Origin: Carcharhinus longimanus
Taxonomy: Eukaryota
Length of the DNA: 64,000 bases
Reading direction: 5' to 3'
Assembly: GCA_030264375.1 (NCBI GenBank)
Contig: JASCQW010000109.1
Coordinates: 28,896,798-28,960,797 of the forward strand
The notes under the pieces were generated by a model. That model searched no databases. It was given only the letters and a program-made list of their open reading frames with translations, and was not told where the DNA came from. Position numbers and translations under genes: made by a program. Shown here in pieces: positions 51,158 to 64,000 of the stretch (positions are counted from its first letter, which is position 1; each line of letters starts with the position of its first letter).

Positions 51158-51466
51158 TTCATAGAATCCCTACAATGCCATTTGCCCCATGGAGTCTGCA
51201 CCAACAAGAATCCCACCCAAGCCCTATCCTCGAAACCCCACATATTTACCCTTCTAATCCCCCTGATACTAAGGGGCAACTTAGCATGGCCAATCCACCT
51301 AACCTGCACGTCTTTGGACTGCGGAAGGAAACCAGAGCACCCAGGGGAAACCCACGCAGACACGGGGAGAATGTGCAGACTCCTTCACAGACAGTGACCC
51401 GAAGCCGGGAATCAAACCTAGGTCCCTGGCGCTGTGAGGCAGCAGTGCTAACCACCTCGCCGCCCC
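51158..51466 (-). mobile_element. HE1-type V-SINE about 0.6 kb upstream of the adrb2 promoter
   Basis: Head, V-domain and tail present; most CpGs retained. Confidence 0.9.
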
Positions 51467-53546
51467 GAGGTTGCTTTTATTTCTAACTGCAAAGATCCCG
51501 CTCCCAGGGTATTGGAGAGCTTTGACGGACTGGCGGTGGAGACGGAGCCACGCACACACACACACGAGTTACTCTCCGCCATGCCACACGCTGCTGCCGA
51601 CAGGCGCTTTGCCACAATAGGGTGACTTTCCATCAGCAGGGTAATGAAGAGGTTCGGAGCCGGCCACTGGATGATTTGAACATGATACAAGCCCAACTAC
51701 ATTCTGATCCGTGAACAGGATTCATTCCAGCGTTCAAAGTTCTACGACAGTATTTCCAATTTGTTTATCACAAAATACAGTATGAAACAAGAAATAAATC
51801 TCACATTGATATCTGCACAGCGTCGAGTGCTGATATTTTGCATAGGGAAAGTGCAAGTTCTTGGGAAAGTCTTGGAATTAGAGGTTTACACCATGGAAAC
51901 AGGCCCTTCGGCCCAACTTCTCCTTGCCGCCCCTTTTTTAACCCCTAAACTAGTCCCAACTGATAGAGCCATAGATGTTTACAGCAAAGTTTTCAGATAT
52001 GTTCAGGTCTGCCTGACTTTCCTGTTGGTTGTCATGAGCGCCCCGGGGGTGTTTTATTCTGCTTTCATGAAAAAAAAACTCGCTACCTAAATGCAAACAG
52101 TTATGCGCGCAGAATTGTAGCATTTCTGGAGGAATCGCTGGAACCTGCTCAAGTTGTTTTATACTGGAGACCTGTTTAAGCAAACGCTGGATTGCTCAAT
52201 TCCCCCGTCACAGTTTTTGATTTACAAGGAGACAATTGTTGTAATGCCTCAGTGCGGGGATCCAGCTGGGGCTGAACTATCTATCTATCGTACTCTCACA
52301 GAGAGGCAATGAAAACTCTCCCTCAGCTNNNNNNNNNNNNNNNNNNNNNNNNNNNNNNNNNNNNNNNNNNNNNNNNNNNNNNNNNNNNNNNNNNNNNNNN
52401 NNNNNNNNNNNNNNNNNNNNNNNNNNNNAAACTCTCCCTCAGCTTGACGTTTTTACAAAAGATTTATTCGGGCGATATATTTGAAGGCAGAAAAGCAGTA
52501 GCGCTACTGCCATTTTCCTGAGAAAATACCTTAGTAACTTTTTAAAACATAGATTATTTATCATTTGGAGGAGTGGATTATATTTTATGAAAAATATTCA
52601 CGAATACTATTCATGAATCCGTATATCACCGTCAGCGTGGCTGTTTGTCATGTTTTCACCTCTGTCAGTTCAGGGTTTAATCGTTTGAGACCGTTCCAGG
52701 GATTGAATTGGGGTGAGAGTTGCTGGTGATTCATCACTAGGATGACAATGTAAACTGCAGCCTTTTTGGTTTCCTGCTCTTGCGTCTGTTAAATCTCCCA
52801 TTACACTATTTGAGGAATTGCATCGAGCCCTCCCACCGTCAGGGTCAGCATTCCACTCTACGCCAGTCTTTTGCTGACTTAACGACTGTTTCGGCAATGT
52901 AAGTGAGTTCACTGTGAAGGGCTTTGGGAACTGAGCTTAAACTTTGTTCTGTAAACGTACCGTAATGTAACTGCGGGCGAGAACAGACTTTGCCTCATTT
53001 CAGCCCATATCCAGCCAAAGTGGCCTCCACCGCAAAATCCAATTCTTTCTCACATGCTGCCAGGGAAATGGGATGTGTTGGCCCATCTGTGTGAACCAAA
53101 GCTTCCGGATGACAGTCCTCATTGTGTTTATTAGTTTCAACCTATAATATCTTGTTAGCAGTTTGATATAATTTTCCGGATTAACCGTTCACACGTTTTC
53201 CAGCCTCGCATGCCCAAATCAGACACTTATTAGCTAGTTAGAGTTCAAAAAGTTATTATCTTTTGCTAATAGTGACATGAAATTAATTCACTCAGTGCGG
53301 GAGGCCGAGGCAACAATCCGGTTACCTTCTCGCACTGGGGTCACATATTGTTCAAATATGACTTGACAAGGACTAGAAACTGTGAAAAAAAACCTCAACT
53401 CATTCAAGGTGGGCTCAGGAACAAGTGGCTGATGGATGCATTGCCTCAACCCACAGCAACCGAGGACACTCGGACGAAGCAAGCCAAGGGATTTCTCTAA
53501 GAGTGCGTGGCGTGGCCAGCGCTGAACAGATCACACCTTCAACATT

Positions 53547-53645
53547 GAAGAAGGGTCATCCAGTCTGGAAACGTTCGTTCTTTTCTCTCTCCACACAGAT
53601 GCTGACAGACCTGCTGAGATTTTCCAGCATTTTCTATGCTTTGTT
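53547..53645 (+). mobile_element. 99-bp Penelope-derived insertion with perfect 14-bp TSD
   Basis: acaccttcaacatt at 53533-53546 and 53646-53659; body matches the 46347 element. Confidence 0.8.
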
Positions 53646-54709
53646 ACACCTTCAACATTACTAGATGAAATTTCAACACTATCGCTTCCCAATCTCGGTT
53701 TGAGAAAAGGTGCTGATTGTTAAGAAATAAAAGCTTCTGGCACCAACAATTCTTGACCTCAGTTCAATTCGACTCCAGAAATGGGACGAGGCGTAAAGGG
53801 GGAAGCACAATTGTGCACATTTCTCCGCATCAGTGGGAGAAAGAGCGCAGACATTAATTGTCTTTACACCAAGTCCGGATTTGCAGTTTCAGCAAAAGCC
53901 CACAACCAGCTCAATTTAATTTCAGTAAGATTGGAAAATGTAAAGATTTGAATGCACCCGTTGCCCATCATGATTATCAATGACTGCTTCACTGAAACCA
54001 TTGGATTGTTATGTTCCGTGAATATGTATCACAGTTGATTGCATGGGGAAGATGGTGAATATGACATTTGGATTATCCTTTAAGTTACCCTTGGTGTGGA
54101 TGGATGTTACACAATGCTAACAGTTGGTAGAAATAACAAGTCCATACATACACCGGCGGTACATAATTCATAACGCGGCATGCATTTTATGATGTAAAAA
54201 AAAACATTGAAGCCGGGCGTGCCTGATTACCTAATGAAACAAAATAAAAACATTTATATCCTGACCCATATGGTGCTTAATCTTAGCGTGGCCAATGCAC
54301 CTAACCCACTTAATGAGATGAGTGTAGAGTTATTCCGGTCATATTAGTTAATTCCCCTCCTCATTGCCCACAATTAATTGATTCAGTGAAACGATTGTAC
54401 AGAATCCTCAAGAAAAGATCTCTATAGCCTAACCTGCCTGATTTTCAGACGGGATAGAACTGTGCTAAGATATATATAGATCAATTAATGGTTATTTATA
54501 TTTTGCGCCATATATAAAAGGCTGATGTCGGCAACAAAATGTATGACGCACTTCTGAAGCCCTTTGGAATAAATTGAAATGCTGTTTATAGTTATTCGTT
54601 TTCATCTGCTCGCATGGCGTTACAGGACTGAGCCTACTTGTATATTTAACAAGGATTCTAATATCACACTGACGTCACACTATTTTGTGGAGGTCAGCCT
54701 GTTTGAAGA

Positions 54710-56490
54710 CGGTTGAGCAAGTTAACGATGGTGTAAATAAAGCATTTGGCTGATTGGTTTTATAAATAAGGGCATTGGATATAAATGCAAGGGAATCATG
54801 ACAAATCTTTACAATTCCGGGTCAGTCCTCAGCTGCAGTATTGTGCTCAGTGGCCAGCGTCCTGCTTTGGCAAGGGTGGAGAGAAAGTCACTATCACTGT
54901 GGGACAAAGAGAGAAAGAGAAAACATGAATTGATGGGACTGATAGCAGGAGACAAGAAATTGTTGGAATCTATTATTAAGGAAGTCTTAACAATGCACTA
55001 AGGAAATCATAATATGATCAGTCAGGATGAGGATTTTGCAAATGGAAAATTACATTTGTCAAAATCTATTTGAGTTATTAGAGGATATATCTACCTAGGT
55101 AGACAAACTAAGAGATCTAGGCAAAAATTTGACATCCCTTCCACCCAACAGAACATGATAGTCCCCGTCCAACTGAATGGAGATTTAAATGGCTCACTGC
55201 GTCCATTGCCTGGAGACTCGCTGTGGCAAGGCCATTAAATCTTAGCGGTAGCCTACTTTGACTTCCTAAAGGCATTCATTGAGCCTTATTGAATAAGATG
55301 CCACACAAAAGGCTAATCTGGAAGATAAAGCATAAAGTCTCCTGAGTTGGATTGAGAATTGGTTAATGGAGACTTGGGATAAATGAGACATTTTCAAGTT
55401 GGCAAGCGTTAAGTGGTTACTGCTGCATGGGATTGTCCACCCCAGAAGATTTTTAATGCCTCATTGTTGAATATATTTAACTGGTGTAGACAGATATTTA
55501 ACTTCTCAGTGGTCAAAGGATATGGGCAGTGAATGGGAAAGTGGAGTCGAGGCAGGATTTCAGTCATGACAATATTGAATTATAATTCAAAGGGTGAAAT
55601 AGTCTATTCCTGATTGGCCACTCAGCCCATCGAGTCTGCTCCACCACTCAATAAAGTCAGAGCTGACCTGATTGTAACTTTAACCTCATGTTCCTGCTAG
55701 TCCCAATAACCTTTCACCTCCTTGTTAATCAGTAATATATCTAGCTCTGCCTTAAAAATATTCAAGGAGTGGAATTTTGCAGGCAAGCCCGCCCGAGGTT
55801 CATACGATCCCGCCCGAGGCCAACACAGCCTCTGACTCCTCAGTCCTCTGAGCCTCGCCGGCCCCTGGAATTGGGGTGGATGTGCCAATAAAATTCTAGT
55901 CAAAGACTCTGAAGAGAGTTTCAAAAACCCATGTTCCACAGAGGGAACAACATTTTCTATTTCTTATGTTACGTACAAGATGATACCAGGCATGAGGGAT
56001 TACAGTTATAGGGAGAGGTTGGAGAAATTGAGATTGCTTCTTTTTGACCAGAGGAGATTAAGACGAGATACAGTGAAGACAAAATGGAGGCATTCAATAT
56101 TATAAGAGGTAAAGGAAACCACATCCTCTAGTAAGTGGGTTAGCAACCAAAAGTTACGGATGTAAAATATTTGGCAAAAGAGCTGGAAGAGAAATGAGAT
56201 TACTTTTCCAGATTAGAACATTAAGATCTGGAATTCAGTCTCTGGAGGAATGTTGAAAGTGGATTCCATGGGTTATTTCAAAATGTTTATTTTATTTATT
56301 AGTGTCACAAGTAGGCTTGTATTAACACTGCAATGAAGTTACTGTGACAATTCCCTGTAATTGGATATGTACTTGAAGAGGATTAATTTGCACATTTATG
56401 AGGAAAATGTTGCATTGTGAGACTAAATTGAATCACTCTTTCAAAGAGTCACAATAGGCACAATGGGCTGAATGGCCTCATCTGCACTAT
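54710..56490. mobile_element. Decayed CR1 fragments with small palindromic inserts and a solo SINE tail (56285-56356)
   Basis: LLESIIKE, LDF.KAF..PHKRL, GLQL.GEVGE-type remnants and aatgggctgaatggcctc terminal motif. Confidence 0.6.
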
Positions 56491-57169
56491 AAAATCCAAG
56501 ACATTTTTCCCTAAGATTTCATAATCAGAAAAAGACTGAAAATTTCATGTAATTGCAAACGATTTCCTTTCACTTTGCCCCAAGGCTTTGTTTGTTTAAT
56601 ATGCCCAAGGATCCCACCTTCAAACAATCATCAATAAGCTGTAAAACTGATGCATAATTTAGTCAGTGTATTAGCAGTTTGTGGGTTATACGTACTGGGA
56701 CTGGATAAAATACATTATTGATCAGTTAGTACATAAATCACTGGTTTAATACAAATCCCTGAATTAAAGTTAATTGGCAAAAGGTTTCTCATGTGCAATT
56801 TACTCCAGGGTTTATTTTGACAGCACTAACATTTGTGTAGTGTGGAATTAGACGTTATGCTTAAATACTCTTGTCAAGCGTTAATTGCAAAGATTGTTCA
56901 CTTCTTTCCATTTTGTTTAAAGTTAAACAGTAGCAAGCTACAGATAAGAGAATCCAGAGCACCTCATGAAAATATTCAGAATTCAGCTTGCGTGGAGATA
57001 TCTTACATTTAGCACAGAGCTGAGGTAATGCAAGACCACCTCCTCCAGGTGGTCCCATGCCACTAGAAACTGTTGAATGGAAGTGTCTTTGATACAAATG
57101 TAATGCAGCTGTATAGCTCATGCAATAAGACTTATGTTTGAGGGATGGTGAAACTGCTGAAATAGATAT

Positions 57170-57493
57170 GAGGTGGCACAGTGGCACAGTGGTTAGCATT
57201 GCTGCCTTACAGTGCCAGGGAGCTGGGTTCAATTTTGGCCTCAGGTGAATGTCTGTGAGGAGGTTGCACATTCTCCTCATGTCTGCGTGGGTTTTCTCCT
57301 CGTGCTCAGGATTCCTCCCACAGTCCAAAAATGTGTGGGTTAGATTGATTGGCCAGGATAAATTGTCCCTTAATGTCAGGGGGATTAGGAGGATAAATAT
57401 GTGGAGTTATTGGGATAAGACAGGACTTTGGTGGGATTGTTGTCGGTGCAGCCTCAATGGGCCAAATAGCCTACTTCTGCACTCGAGATTCTG
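57170..57493 (+). mobile_element. HE1-type V-SINE
   Basis: Head, V-domain and gggccaaatagcct tail. Confidence 0.85.
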
Positions 57494-57959
57494 TGTACCA
57501 GGGAATGTTGTATTACAAGGTCCAGCAGGGAACACTGGATCAAGTCGTATTTCACTTTGGTTTTCCTAATATCATAAACAGGTAAAACCAATTAATTAAA
57601 AATAACTGCGCCATGTTCAATGAAGCATTTAAGAGCAGCTTAAACTAATTCTGCATAGAACAGATTAAACATGTTGTATTTTTTGAATGGCCAATAATAC
57701 TTTATATCAAGGCATATTTATAAAAATCATCCATATAGATCAATCCCTATCATATTAAGACAAGATTTGCCAAACATTTCCAGCCAGTATAGCTCTTCTG
57801 ATCTCCCAAGAGTACTGATGGAATCCCTAAGAAATAGTCTTACTATATTGAAAAGTTAACACATAAGTTATTATTGTTTTTTCACAATAGGTACAAATGT
57901 ACAAAAACAGAGGCATAAAAGTCTTGTATGTATATATTTATTATAATTAAAATGCACTA

Positions 57960-58228
57960 GCAGCAGTATGGTGGCACAATGGTTAGCACTGCCACCTTAC
58001 AGCGCCAGGGACCTGGGTTCAATTCCCGGCTTGGGTTAATGTTCGTGGGAGTTCTGCATGTCCTCCCCATGTCTGTGTGGGTTTTCTCTAGGTGCTCTGC
58101 TTTCTTCCCACAGTCTGAAAGACATGCATTGGCCATGGTAAATTCTCCCTCACTGTACTCAAACTGTGGCCGGAGCGTGGCGACTAGTGTAAATGTAAGC
58201 CTACTTGTGACAATAATAAATAAACTTT
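57960..58228 (+). mobile_element. V-SINE, alternative-tail subtype
   Basis: Tail aatgtaagcctacttgtgacaataataaataaac. Confidence 0.8.
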
Positions 58229-58364
58229 TAACCTTTATTCAAAAAAGTACTTAAGTTTATCTTTCTGTTATTTTTCATGGGGGTGTGGAGTGATGCTGCA
58301 TCATTTGCTCACAAATTTACTGAATCTTAGGAATGTTGCTGGAGAATTGGATCCTCCATATCAG

Positions 58365-58625
58365 ATGCACGCACACACACACATTCTCTCTCTCTCACAC
58401 ACACATTCTCTCTCTCTCACACACACATACACACACTTTCTCACACTCACGCACACAAGCACATTCACAATCTCACCTCACTCACATACATACCTCTCTC
58501 AGACATATTCTCACACATGCACATGCACATTCCCACTTTTCTCTCTTTTCACACACACATGAACACACTCATCTAATCACTCTCTCTTTTACAGTCATAC
58601 ACTCACCCCTCTCTTCCTCACACCA
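58365..58625. repeat. (CA)/(CT) low-complexity tract
   Basis: Direct reading. Confidence 0.9.
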
Positions 58626-59219
58626 TAGTTGTTTCCTCTGGTTTCCCCAAGGCTGCTGCCCCCTGCACCATGGTCATTTCCCCCTTCTGTCCCATGGCCA
58701 CTTCCACCTCATTTTTCTTTCTCCCCTATGGCCACTGTCCTTGTCCCATTGCTGCCCCCTACTTCATTCTGCTGCTGTCTCCTCTCTCCTTCTCATGTCA
58801 TAGTCTGGGTCTTTAAGGATTTACTTTCCTAGTATTTCTAGCTTGCCCAATCAGGGGCTGATTTCTCATTGCATTGGTGGCTCATAGGAAATAGAGAAAG
58901 TACAGGGCCAACATGTTCCCATAAAGTTAAAGGGTGGATTCACATGTCCAGAATACCCTGGATGCCAAGGGATATATAAGCATCCTATAAAAACAGCACC
59001 AACCTTCGCAGAAGACAAACGCGGCAGACAGAGTACCCCTTGTTGTCCAGTATTTCCCTGTACTGGATGGGTAAGCACTGGAGAAGCCACAATATCTTTT
59101 CCGAAGCCTTCAACATGTCNNNNNNNNNNNNNNNNNNNNNNNNNNNNNNNNNNNNNNNNNNNNNNNNNNNNNNNNNNNNNNNNNNNNNNNNNNNNNNNNN
59201 NNNNNNNNNNNNNNNNNNN

Positions 59220-59700
59220 AGCAACCTTTTGTGAGGCACCTTATCGAACGCCTTCTGGAAATCTAAAAACACCACATCCACCGGTTCCCCTCTGTCAACT
59301 GCACTAGTCACATCTTCATAAAAATCCAGTAAATTTGTCAAACATGGCTTCCTCTTCATGAATCCATGCTGCGTCTGCTTGATTGAACCATTCCTTTCCA
59401 GGTGTCCTGCTATTTCTTCTTTAATGATAGATTCCAACATTTTCCCAACTATGGACATTAAGCTAACCAGCCTATAGTTACCCACCTTTTGTCTACTTCC
59501 TTTTTTAAACAGTGGTGTAATAGTAGCTGTTTTCCAATCAGCTGGCACTTCCCTAGAGTCCGACGAATTTTGATAAATGACTACTTACGCATCTGCTATT
59601 ACTTCTGCCATTTCTTTCAATACCCTGGGATGCATTCCATCCAGGCCCAGGGTCTTGTCTACCTTCAGTCCCATTAGTCTACCAAGCATTACCTCTTTAG
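59220..59700 (-). mobile_element. Well-preserved CR1 reverse transcriptase fragment
   Basis: PADWKTATITPLFKKG..GNYR.VSL.S..GKMLESII..QHGF..CLTNLLDFYE..VFLDFQKAFDKVPH. Confidence 0.95.
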
Positions 59701-59729
59701 TAACGGTGGTGTGCCACTGAGACCAATGC

Positions 59730-60690
59730 TGATGTCCTTTGCTGTCTGTAACATTAATGATTTAGATGTGAACATGGGAGGTCTGATCATAAATTCATAG
59801 CTTACACGAAAATTGTTGGTGGAGGAGGATTAGTGAGTCTTAAGTTACAGGATAATAAAGGCAGGCTGTTCAGATGGACAGAACAGTGGCAGAGGCAATT
59901 TAACTCTGAATAGTGTGAGATGATGGATTTTGGGAGGATTAACAAGTCAAGGAAATACACAATGAATACTAGGAAGCACAAGGAAGTACAGAGGGCCAGA
60001 GGGACTTTGGGGTGCATGTCTAATGATTGCTGAAAGTAGCAGGACAGGTAGATAAGTTGGTTAAGAAGACACACGGGATACTTGCCTTTATTAGCTGAAG
60101 TGTAGAATATAAGAGCAGGGGAGTTATGATGGAACTGCATAAAATGCTTGTTAGGCCACAGATAGACTATTGTGTGCAATTTTAACCTGCACTCTATAGG
60201 GAAGATGTGATTGCAAGAGAAAGGATGCAGAGGAGATTCACCAGGATGTTGCCTGGAATGTTTTGGCTATGGACAGAGGTTGGTAATGTTGGGGTTGTTT
60301 TCCTGAGAGCAGAGAAGGCTCAGGGCATGGTGGAGGGGGCCTGATTGAGATGTAGAGAATTAAAAGGGACATAGATAGGGAGGAACTTACTAGAGGAATC
60401 AATAACCAGGGGGCATAGACTTAAGGTAACAGACAGGAGATTTAGAGGGGATTTGAGGAAAATCTTTTTCACCCAAGGGGTGGTAGAAATCTGGAACCCA
60501 CTGCCTGAAAGGCTGATAGAGGTAGAAACCCTCACAACATTTAAGAAGCATTTAATTGAGCTCATGAAAAGCACCAACGTGCAAAGCTATGGACCAAGTG
60601 CCATAAAATGGGATTAGAAGAAATAGGTACTTGATGGTTGGCACAGACACAAGGTGCTGAAGGACCTCTTTCAGTGCTGTAAACCTCTGG
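59730..60690 (+). mobile_element. Decayed CR1 3' portion
   Basis: QRRFTRMLPG, TRGHRLKV and FFTQ.VV.IWN.LP motifs with stops and frameshifts. Confidence 0.85.
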
Positions 60691-61414
60691 CTGCATGACA
60701 GTAGTGAGCTTATCAGCAGCCCATGCAGGGAGAAACTAGCCTTTGATTGGATAAGCAGCCTTTTTCAAATTTATTCATCAGCCTGGCCTATTGTGGGGCC
60801 CCTGGATGTACTCAACAAAGCCCCAGTGTTCCACAGAGCCTAGTTTGGGAAACCACATATGAGAATATCTTACACCCACATGCATTTTCTTGTCTGTGCC
60901 ACCTGATATCTTGCTTTCAGGTGTTTGTCACATTTTTGTGTCAACCATGTTTATCACTTTTAAATTGTGTAACCCCATGATACCCATGAAAATCTGTCAT
61001 GGTGTTGAGTTAAACTGAGTTTCCTGGTGGTGTATATCAAAACGGGGAAATGAATGTAAATATTCACTTTTACATATTTCAGTTCATAATCTTACCAAAT
61101 ACTATTTCATATCTTGACCTATTATTAACTGATCTCTTTAATATAAGGGAAAAAAATCTGATATGAGTAGCAATAATTGTCCAATTTATTCTCCTCTTGG
61201 CTTTTATCATGTTCGGGGGGCTTATTTCTCCACCAACACAAGTGGCAGCTTTGCACTAATTTCAGTTTTAAAAGGGGAAAACAAAATATGTGGTATAGAC
61301 TAGGAAGACTTCCCTTGCATTGGTTTATCAAGCAATTTTGTGCAGGCTGCATCCCATTAATAGCCTCCTCTGCCCCATTCGGATCTGAAACTTGCTGCAA
61401 TTGCCCAATGTCTC

Positions 61415-61622
61415 CATAGTGTCAACAGTAGTTGAGACCAAAACATTGTGTGATTTCAAGAAGAAATTAGATATTGCTCTTGAGTTAAAGGGATCAAGGG
61501 ATATGGGGGAGGGCAGGGTCATGATACTGAATTTGATGATCAGCCATGATCAAAATGAATTGTGGAGCAGGCTGAAAGGGCCAAATGGCCTATTCCTGCT
61601 TCTATTTTCTGTGTTTCTATAC
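61415..61622 (+). mobile_element. CR1 3' end
   Basis: FKKKLDIAL..KG and ggagcaggctgaaagggccaaatggcct..ttcctgct. Confidence 0.8.
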
Positions 61623-63499
61623 TTGATGGCCCACAGTTAGATGGGAAGATCCAAGCTCCTTTTAGGAACTGTGGTTTTCTAATGCTGAACCCCTCAGTCA
61701 AGAAACATCAACCAGGCTCAGGAGCATAGTTTAGACTAATATTGAACTTCACTGCTTCTCATAAGTCAAGGGCTTAAGGGGAGATTTTTTAAAAATTATG
61801 GGTTCTTCTCCTCAATGTTGGTGAGGTTCAATATGAACCTTTTTGAATGCTCTACAGATAAGTATCTTTAGTGCTTAGTGGTCTCGCAACAACTTTTTGA
61901 GATAACGTTTTTGTGTTTAGGAGCTGCCTAGAAATAGTTCTATGCCTTGAATACTGACATTCAAAACCAACTTTAAGATTGAAGCAAGATTTCAGTGAAA
62001 TGTTAAACAACTTTTAGTGAGAGACTAAACAAAAGCATTGAGTTGTATACATTTTTTGAATGGAATAAAATGTTTGTTATAGTCAAGATTCCATGGATTT
62101 ACCTATTATGATACTAATATTGGCATTTGCAATTGGTGAAAAGTATCATCAGCCACAGTTTCAAACCATAATGTGGAGTTAGCTTTGCAGTCAATTGTCT
62201 TATTCAAAAATCTAGGTAAAGCACAAGTAACTCAGGGTGAAGCCATTTCCATGTTAAACTGAAACAAAACACAGGTTTTTCTTTCCCTAGGATTTGCATG
62301 TTCCCTGCATTTTGCAGCAGGGGAAATCATTGTGTCTGAAGCCAAACCAATGGGTTTACTGATTCTATCTGTATTTGCAGACAGATACCATCTACCAAGC
62401 ACGAAAGCCAACAGCAGCACGTAATGTTTGCCACAGAGTCAGCCTTTTTTCTCCAGATTCCTGAAGGGAACTCTTAGTATGTATGAATATAAACATAGAA
62501 GGGTATAATGTCCAGGCAAATGCACAAAAAAATCTCTTGAGTCAGTGAAAAGCTGGCAATTGGTTAGAACTGATGGGAGCTGCATATTAGATAAACAGTA
62601 CATGTACTTTTTCATTGTTTGCTGATCACAGAATAAGGTATTTATTTCCTGATGGGTTTCTTTGAAATAACCTGACCTTTTAATTTGTAGTTGTTATGAA
62701 GATGCACAATATTAAGAAGTAACCCGTTGAAGTATTTCTCACGATAACAGTCTGTTGATAGGAAGTGTTCCTTTAATTTTACTATGCAGTTTAATTATAT
62801 CAACAGACAGCACAACCATTTGCATGTGTTCTATTTCCATCATGTGTAAATTCTGAACCTGTGACATTTTCTAGCTTGAAATGTTTCCAAAACTGCAAGA
62901 GTGATGTGAACGTTCCCCAATACATCTTATCTCACTTTGCAATGGTTTGATTTTCCATTTATTTTTAATAACCTTTTTATATTGATCTACAGCAGCATGC
63001 TCTCCATTGAAAAGTGTAGTTGTACAATTTTGCTGCAGCATGTCTCCAGATCAAACGTGTGAAGTTTCTCTGAGACTTCTGTGGCAAACTTGTTTTTTGT
63101 CCTGCTGATTTTTTTTCATTCAGTAAATAACTTTCAACTTCATTCTTTTTCTTCCTTGCTTTGAGTATCAATTTGATTTTCTGTTTTCTAGTTTCTTGCT
63201 CTCACCCTCACCGATTTAATCCAATATAGTGGCATTCATTTGGGTCACTTGGGTGTTGCAGTATGATGACTATGCATTATGACTAAGTGTTATATGACTA
63301 AGTATGAATAAGCATTATGGCTGTGAGGACCCCTGTTTCAAAATCAATCCCTTCATTGGGAAGGTAAATTAAACTCAATAACTCACCCACCTGAACTCAC
63401 CCATCCATTGGAAGAATATACAAATGCAGTTAAGTTCCTCAAGCCTCTTTTTGCCAGCCAATGGGATTGTGGCTGATCCATGACTTACAACAATTTTTA

Positions 63500-63780
63500 T
63501 TTGTATGATGTTTTTCATGTAGTCAAACATCCCCTATTAACACAAGACAATTATAAAACAAAATATGATGTACCCACATAAGGAGAAAGCAGGTCAGATG
63601 ACCAAAGGCTTGGTCAAAGAGATAGATTTCAAGGAGTTTCTTAAAGGAGGAAAGCAAGGTCAAGAGGCAGAGAGGTGCAGTGAGGCTATTTAACAGCTTA
63701 GGAACCTAGGTAACTGAAGGTTAATGGTGGCGTGATTGCAATCAGTGTTCAAGTGGCCAAAATTAGAGGACAGGAGATTT
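63500..63780 (-). mobile_element. L2 3' remnant
   Basis: Similar to 5700-5900 (cataaggaga..caaaggcttggtcaaagaga..ttaaaggagga). Confidence 0.6.
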
Positions 63781-63789
63781 ATCATCTCG

Positions 63790-64000
63790 AAGGACAAGGG
63801 CAGTAGAAACATGGGAATATCACCACCTGCAAGTTCTTCTCCAAGCCACTCACCATCCTGACTTGGAAATATATCACTGTTCCTTCATTGTTGCTGGGCT
63901 ATAATCCTGGAACGCCCTTCCAAACAGTACTGTGGTTGTGCCTACAGTCGTTCAAGCAAATGGCTTGCCAGCACCTTCTCAAGGGCAAATAGGGATAGGC
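63790..64000 (+). mobile_element. LINE 3' end (CR1/L2 group)
   Basis: TILTWKYITVPSLLLG..SWN.LP-type terminus ending tcaagggcaaatagggataggc; a diverged relative lies at 38885-39035. Confidence 0.65.

Overview
Eukaryotic, repeat-rich draft-assembly window with many N gaps. The repeat families (HE1-type V-SINEs, CR1/HER1-type LINEs, Deu-type SINEs) point to a cartilaginous fish, probably a shark. Only one convincing protein-coding gene is present: an intronless beta-2 adrenergic receptor (adrb2, minus strand, ATG at 50352, 419 aa) in a CpG island. It has a reverse-CCAAT/CRE/TATA promoter and an Arg-rich 23-codon uORF. The rest is mostly decayed transposable elements (CR1, L2, Rex/Babar, Tx1-like, PIF/Harbinger, Penelope-derived, SINEs, MITE-like palindromes). 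The most interesting signals are the mammal-like adrb2 leader/promoter architecture, atypical receptor residues, and a short TSD-flanked element carrying a minimal hammerhead-ribozyme motif. Repeat boundaries are approximate and family names come from recalled consensus motifs, not database searches.
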